From Heteronotia binoei (taxonomy: Eukaryota): a DNA stretch of 64,000 nucleotides. The position numbers were made by a program, and so were the translations under genes. Where the stretch lies: the NCBI RefSeq assembly GCF_032191835.1, contig NC_083223.1, positions 54,746,001 to 54,810,000 of the forward strand, in the 5' to 3' direction. Numbering within the stretch: position 1 is the stretch's first letter; the number at the start of each line of letters is the position of its first letter. Under the pieces are notes generated by a model that saw nothing but the letters and a program-made list of their open reading frames with translations, made no database searches and had not been told where the DNA came from. This document shows, in pieces, positions 58,513-64,000 of this stretch.

Positions 58513-60454
58513 ACCTTAGGCCAGGATCCAGCACCACCCCCAAGTTACTAGGTTCCATGCCAAAGCATCACTGGATCCCTCTAATGACATCATCACACAA
58601 ATAATCTCAGAATGATGGGGACAGGATGATGGGCAACACTGAGCCCCCATGTACTCTTACACTCCCTCACCACAAAATGAGCCTGAACCTATTTCTTCTT
58701 TTTCTGTTGTTCTTTCAAAAAAAAAAGAGTAAAACTAATAAATTTGCCACCATCTTCTGGCTGCATCAGAGAAACAGAAAGCACCAGGTTTGCAAACTAA
58801 AATGGAATGAGAATCCATCTCATTGGATGAGAATAAAATCAGAGAAGTGAAATGAATTCTCCAAAGGGGTTGCCCTAACCCCTCTTCCTGTGTACTCCTT
58901 ACGAGTGCTTAATTATTAATAATGCAAAGCATCTTTTCCCTAAATGGCAAAGTGAATGGAATATAATTGTTATGCAGGAATACATATGGCAACATAGTAA
59001 TTTTCTTCAATTACAGTCATTCCAAATGCAGAGATTTTTATTTGTGTATAGAAACTAAGGATTTAGCCTTATCTACCAAAAGCTTCAAAAAAGTTATGCT
59101 ATTTGTGAGAAAGAAGTAATCATATTTATAGGAATATGGCAGATTGTATTGGCTTTCTATTTACTTTCCATTTCTCTAATTAACATGAGAATATTTGGTG
59201 GCAACATCAGTAGTACAAATAACAGGGTGTCTGCATTAGTTGCAGTGAATGACTGCCACTTCAGCTTCTGTGTGATTATGGAAACCATTATCATTTTGCA
59301 TCCATAGTTTCTCTCTCAAGGCAGACGTGACTCAGCAGGAGATCATGTATCACAAAAACACTTCATATAAAACCCCTGTACATTTATGCCAATCAAAGAA
59401 TACTAAAAATGAAATTGTAATGGTTGCTAATATTCAGAGCTATATAATTGGGTTGCCATTATTGAGTCTGAACTAAGCTTCTGAAGGCTTTAAAATCTCT
59501 CAGTCGTAACAGAGATGCAGAATTTTCATACAATACAGGTGCTCATGAAAGAATCTGCTTATAAAAACTGCCAAAATTCTGCTAAGTCCATCTACAGTAT
59601 GGAAATGAATGACTTCACTTCACCCTACAGCCCCACAGGTTAATTCATTTGTGAAGCCCTCTTAGGAGGTGAATCCCAGAAAGATAAACTGAACCTAGTT
59701 CAAAGGTTTTTTGTAGATTTTTTTTCTGCCCAGCTAAGCAGAACAAAGTAAATATCTCATGGCAGTGTAATGGAATTCCTGAGAGACTATGGCCCTTTAC
59801 AAAAACCGCCTTTGTATTCTGTTTTAGTAACTGATTGCTAATGGGTTTTTTTCTGTCATTTCAGACAGACTTATTTTAGTAACTGGCTGCTAGCAGAATT
59901 TATTTGCCTGTTCATACAAACTTGCTTGCATCAGGTTAGCAAAGTGTGGTTTAGCCACTTTACAGGGAAACTGCTTTTTCCCATTTTCTACCCCTTTACT
60001 GTGCTTCTGAATCACTGTGGTGTGCTGCTTAAAATGCCCACAGCACTACCAACAATGCTGCTTTCCCCACTGCTCTTTTTTGCCATGCTATCTTCCTCTC
60101 CCTCCCCACACACTTCTTTGGAATGTTTTAAGTTGAGCCCTATAGTGCTAAACCAGTATAGCACTACAGTATTATAGCAGCATCACTGAGATAAATGGAG
60201 CCACTGCAGTCAATGTAACACCTTAAAGGTAACAACCAGCACTCTGGCAACAGATAGGCAGACCATGAAAGTCCTTCAGTACAAGGTGATACAATCACTG
60301 TAGTGCACCAAGATGCCTTGACTCCATTGACTCAATGGAGCTAATGGAGTTGAGGCACCTCAGTGGTGCCGCAATAGCACTGAAGTGCTATATTGTGTTA
60401 GTGTTATAGCGCCAAAAAAAGGCAGAGGGAGGTCACATGGTGGAAAAGGGTGTG

Positions 60455-63441
60455 TGTCATGAGCCCTGAGGAGGGGGAGCTGGAAGGGTTCACAGACTAG
60501 GAAGAACCAACAGCTGGCCCATCAATCACTCTCCCCACATTCCAGGCACCTGCACTGGCTGTTGACAATCAGTCTCCTCCAAGCTTTCCCCCTCCCATCT
60601 CAAGAATATGATCATTTATTTAGATGACATTTTAATTTACTCCCAAAGCCCCGCCCAGCATGCAGGGCACAGCCACCAGGTCCTGCAACGCCTGTGAGAG
60701 CATGGTCTCTATGCCAAGCTAGACAAGTGTGCCTCAACCTATTAGCGGTCAAGTTCCTTGGCCACATCGTCTCACCCCATGGGACTTGGATGGACCTGAA
60801 CAAAGTCAAGGCAGTCCTGACCTGGCAGACACCACGGAACCACAAGGACATATAGCGTTTTCTTGGCTTTTCTAATTATTACCGGCAGTTCATCCCTGCC
60901 TATGCAGACATAACCACGGCTCTGACCTGGCTCCTCTGGCCCAAAAAGCCATTTCACTGGACTCCGGAGACAGACCATGCCTTCACCACCCTGAAAACCT
61001 GCTCCACCACCAAGCTGCTCCTGCGTTACCCAGACCTGCAGCTGCCGTTCACAGTAGGGACCTACGCCTCCAGTGTGGCCCGCAGCACAGTGCTGTCCCA
61101 GCGGGAGAACCCCTCCCAGCTGCTACAACCCTGCATGTACTACTTGCGGCAGGTGACGCCCACAGAGCGCAACTACACCATCTGGGAGCCGGAACTCCTG
61201 GCCATCAAGACTGCCTTCGAGGTTTGGAGGCATCACCTTGAAGGGGCCCACCACCCCGTCCAGGTCCTGATTGATCACCGGAACCTGGAACATCTACAGA
61301 CTGCTCAATGCCTTACCCAGCATCAGATCTGGTGGTCCCTTTTCCCAGTTTGATTTCTGGATCACCTACATCCCACAGAACCAGAACCAGAAAGCGGATG
61401 CCCTCTCCCAAAAACTGGAGTATGCTGCACCGCTAACTGAGGAGACCCTAACTGGGCTCATCCTTGCACCCTTGGTCTTCGCTTACACCACAACTCACCC
61501 AACCTTGGCTGTGGACATCCAGGCCAGCCAGCCCCAACACCCCTAGGCTCAGCAACACCTCCTGGAAGTGCAAGACGGCTCAGCCGGAGAACTCTCTACC
61601 CACCAAGGACTCCTACTGCACCATGGGCACCTATGAGTGCCTCCAGGGCCCCTTTGGGCCGACGTGCTCCCCTCCTGCAGGGCACTTTGGACAACACAAG
61701 ACCCTGCACCTGATCACGCGAGAGTTCTGGTGGCCTCGGATCTGTGTCAATGTGGCCTGCTATGTTGGTTCCTGTAAGGTCTGTCAGCAGGCAAAGGAGG
61801 TACCGGCCAAGCCCCTGGGGCTTTTGCATCCCCTAGCCACACCTGCAAGACCCTGGGACACTGTCTCCCTGGACTATCACCAAGCTCCCCAGGTCCAAGG
61901 GGCACACTTGCATCCTGGTGGTGGTGGACCTCTTCACCAAGATGTCTCACTTTGTTCTATGTCCCAAGCTGCCCATGGCTCCTGAAACAGCCCAGCTCTA
62001 CCTCCTGCACGTCTTTTGCCTCCATGGGCTCCCGGCACACTTGATCTCGGATCAAGGCCCCCAGTTCACCTCCCGATTCTGGCAAGCCCTGTGCTCCAGC
62101 TTAGGCACCCAGGTGCATTTATTCTCAGCATACCATCTCCAAACGGATGGACAGACTGAACGCACCAACACCACGCTGGAGCAATACCTGCATTGCTACA
62201 CCTGCTACCAGCAGAATGACTAGGTCACCTTGCTACCCCAGGCCGAGTTGCATATTACAACGCCATGCACTCGTCCACACAACAAACCCCATTTGCAGCC
62301 ACCTATGGGTACTACCCTCGCTTCTTCCCAGTAGTCCTGCCCCCCAGCAGTCCCTGCTGCCGACGCTCACCTGCAGGAACTCCGAGCCCTCCGAGAGCAA
62401 CTCCAACAGGCTAAGGAAGTCTACAAGATAGCCACTGACCGAAAGCAACAGGTGGGGCACCACTGAAGCCCGGGGACCATATCTGGCTCTCCACCCACTA
62501 CCTGTGTCGGCCTGGCCAGTCTCACAAGCTGAACCTTCACTTCGCAGGGCCTTACCTAATCATGGACCAAATCAACCCTGCTGCTTTCCGGCTACAGCTC
62601 CCAGCCACCCTCTGCATCCACCCGGTCTTCCGCCGGTCCCTTGTTCCTGCTACGCCACCAGATCCCATCCGACTGCTGCCTCCAGCACCGCCTCCACAAG
62701 GAAGAATACAAGGTCCACCAGCTCCTGGACTCCCGAATCCACCGCGAGGACTTCCAGTGCCTCGTGGACTAGAAAGATTATGGCCCTGAGGACCATTCCT
62801 GGGAACCCACGGACAACCTACATGTCCCCGAACTTGTGCAGCAGTTCCACATGGCCTATCCTGAACAGTCTGGCCCAACTGGGGAGGGGGGTCCTGCAGG
62901 GGGGGATAGTGTCATGAGTCCTGAGGAGGGGGAGCTGGAAGGGTTAACAGCCCAGGATGAACCAACAGCTGACCCATCAATCACTCTCCCAACATTTCAA
63001 GCACCTGCGCCAGCTGTTGACAATCAGTCTCCTCCAAGCTCTCCCCCTCCCATCTCAAGAATGCATAGCTGTCTTCGGATAACACTGGCAGAACGCAGGC
63101 ACACAGCACGCCAATGCTTTCGATCTCTTAGCCCTGAGTTATAGAAGAATTATGGCCACCCAGGAAGCAGGCTGATTGAGTCTCCCATATAACTCACACT
63201 TAGGACTTGGCAACCTCATGGAAGCAACAAGTCAATTCCCTGGCTTGTATCCATGCTCCTTCCTGATTCCAGTTCCTGACTGGCTTGAATTTCTTGGCAC
63301 CCTGACCCTTTGGCTTTGGACACTGACTTCTACTTCTGGTTTGTGATTTTGCTGTGATGACTCAGCTCCTGCTTGACTTCCTGAACTTTGACTTTGGACC
63401 AGCTTTAGATTCCCTCCTGCCTGCACCCTGAGAATGTGACA
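60455..63441 (+). mobile_element. Internally deleted Ty3/Gypsy chromovirus-like LTR retrotransposon
   Basis: TSD GTGTG (60450-60454, 63442-63446). 5' LTR stub 60455-60606, 3' LTR 62910-63441 (TGTCA...TGACA), G-rich PPT before 62910. Confidence 0.9.
60607..62870 (+). pseudogene. Decayed Gypsy pol: RT 3' half, RNase H, integrase, chromodomain
   Basis: IYLDDILIYS, ERNYTIWEPELLAI, RPWDTVSLD, ISDQGPQFTSRFW, DGQTERTN, and chromodomain-like DYGPEDHSWEP. Many stops and frameshifts. Confidence 0.88.
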
Positions 63442-64000
63442 GTGTGGTGGGGAAGTGGCACTGTTTGAAATGACTATAATGCTTGAGAGACAGCTGGTGG
63501 ATTTGGCTGGATTGCCCCAGAAGGGAGTGCCTCTGGAACTCTGAACCTTTTAGATAACTACAAATGGCCTGAGGGTCAAGGTAAAAAGACAAGCTTTTAA
63601 AGCTTTTGTTATTTTGTTACATGGTGTTGGGAAAATACCTATACTATCAGAATAAATTTTGTTTAACTTTTCGTTTGGTGTCAGTGGCTTGCAGAAGGGA
63701 CCAGTGCCTTTTGGCTCTACTCAGAAGAGAGTGTGAATGCCATAAGCGTCTCTTTGGTCATTTGGAGATTGTGATCTTTCAGGGGAAACAGGGTGGATTG
63801 GGTCCTGGAACAATACCAGTCTGCTGACAGCAACCTTGGGGGAAGGTATTAGAGCTTTGCCTCCCTCTTGGAGTAAGTCTTAAAGTGCCCTAGTAGTAAG
63901 TTCCTAAGACTGGCCTCCTCACAGGGAGGTGGCTAGAGAAACTACTGGGCACCACAATATCTCCCATCAGTTGGACTCTGACTCCTGTCATCCTGTGATA

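Noticed and set aside
60140-60412. Weak inverted repeat around TATAGCACT/AGTGCTATA
   Set aside because: Probably an old MITE, but similarity is low and no TSD was found.
61340-62775. TGG-to-TAG stops in the Gypsy pol as APOBEC-type hypermutation
   Set aside because: Only two or three cases, which cannot be separated from ordinary decay without a consensus.

Overview
Eukaryotic, repeat-dense DNA. The repeat families (BovB, CR1, L2, tRNA-head SINEs with TTC tails, hAT MITEs) point to a squamate reptile, probably a gecko; this is inference. I recognise no host protein-coding gene, rRNA, tRNA gene or CRISPR array. Main contents: (1) A full-length RTE LINE (828-4926) with a 12-bp TSD and an uninterrupted EN-RT ORF. 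Its 5' end folds into a complete HDV/CPEB3-like ribozyme pattern, and the predicted cleavage site falls on the element's 5' boundary; this is the most striking observation. (2) An intact Ty1/Copia retrotransposon (23522-28641) with 508-bp LTRs that look identical by eye and a half-tRNA-iMet PBS, inserted into a decayed BovB. (3) An 18.6-kb nest (38720-57364): a Ngaro-type tyrosine-recombinase retrotransposon (split direct repeats A1...B1-A2-B2; gag, RT/RNase H, YR, SGNH hydrolase). Its RT is split by two 5'-complete L1s inserted about 0.1 kb apart, one of which carries a Harbinger-like MITE. Candidate splice sites could join gag in frame to the AUG-less YR and hydrolase ORFs. (4) A deleted chromodomain Gypsy element (60455-63441), plus many CR1, L2, L1, SINE, MITE and Penelope fragments, one with a decayed hammerhead motif. 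All alignments, folds and family names were done by eye or from memory, without database searches or folding software, so novelty is unverified.
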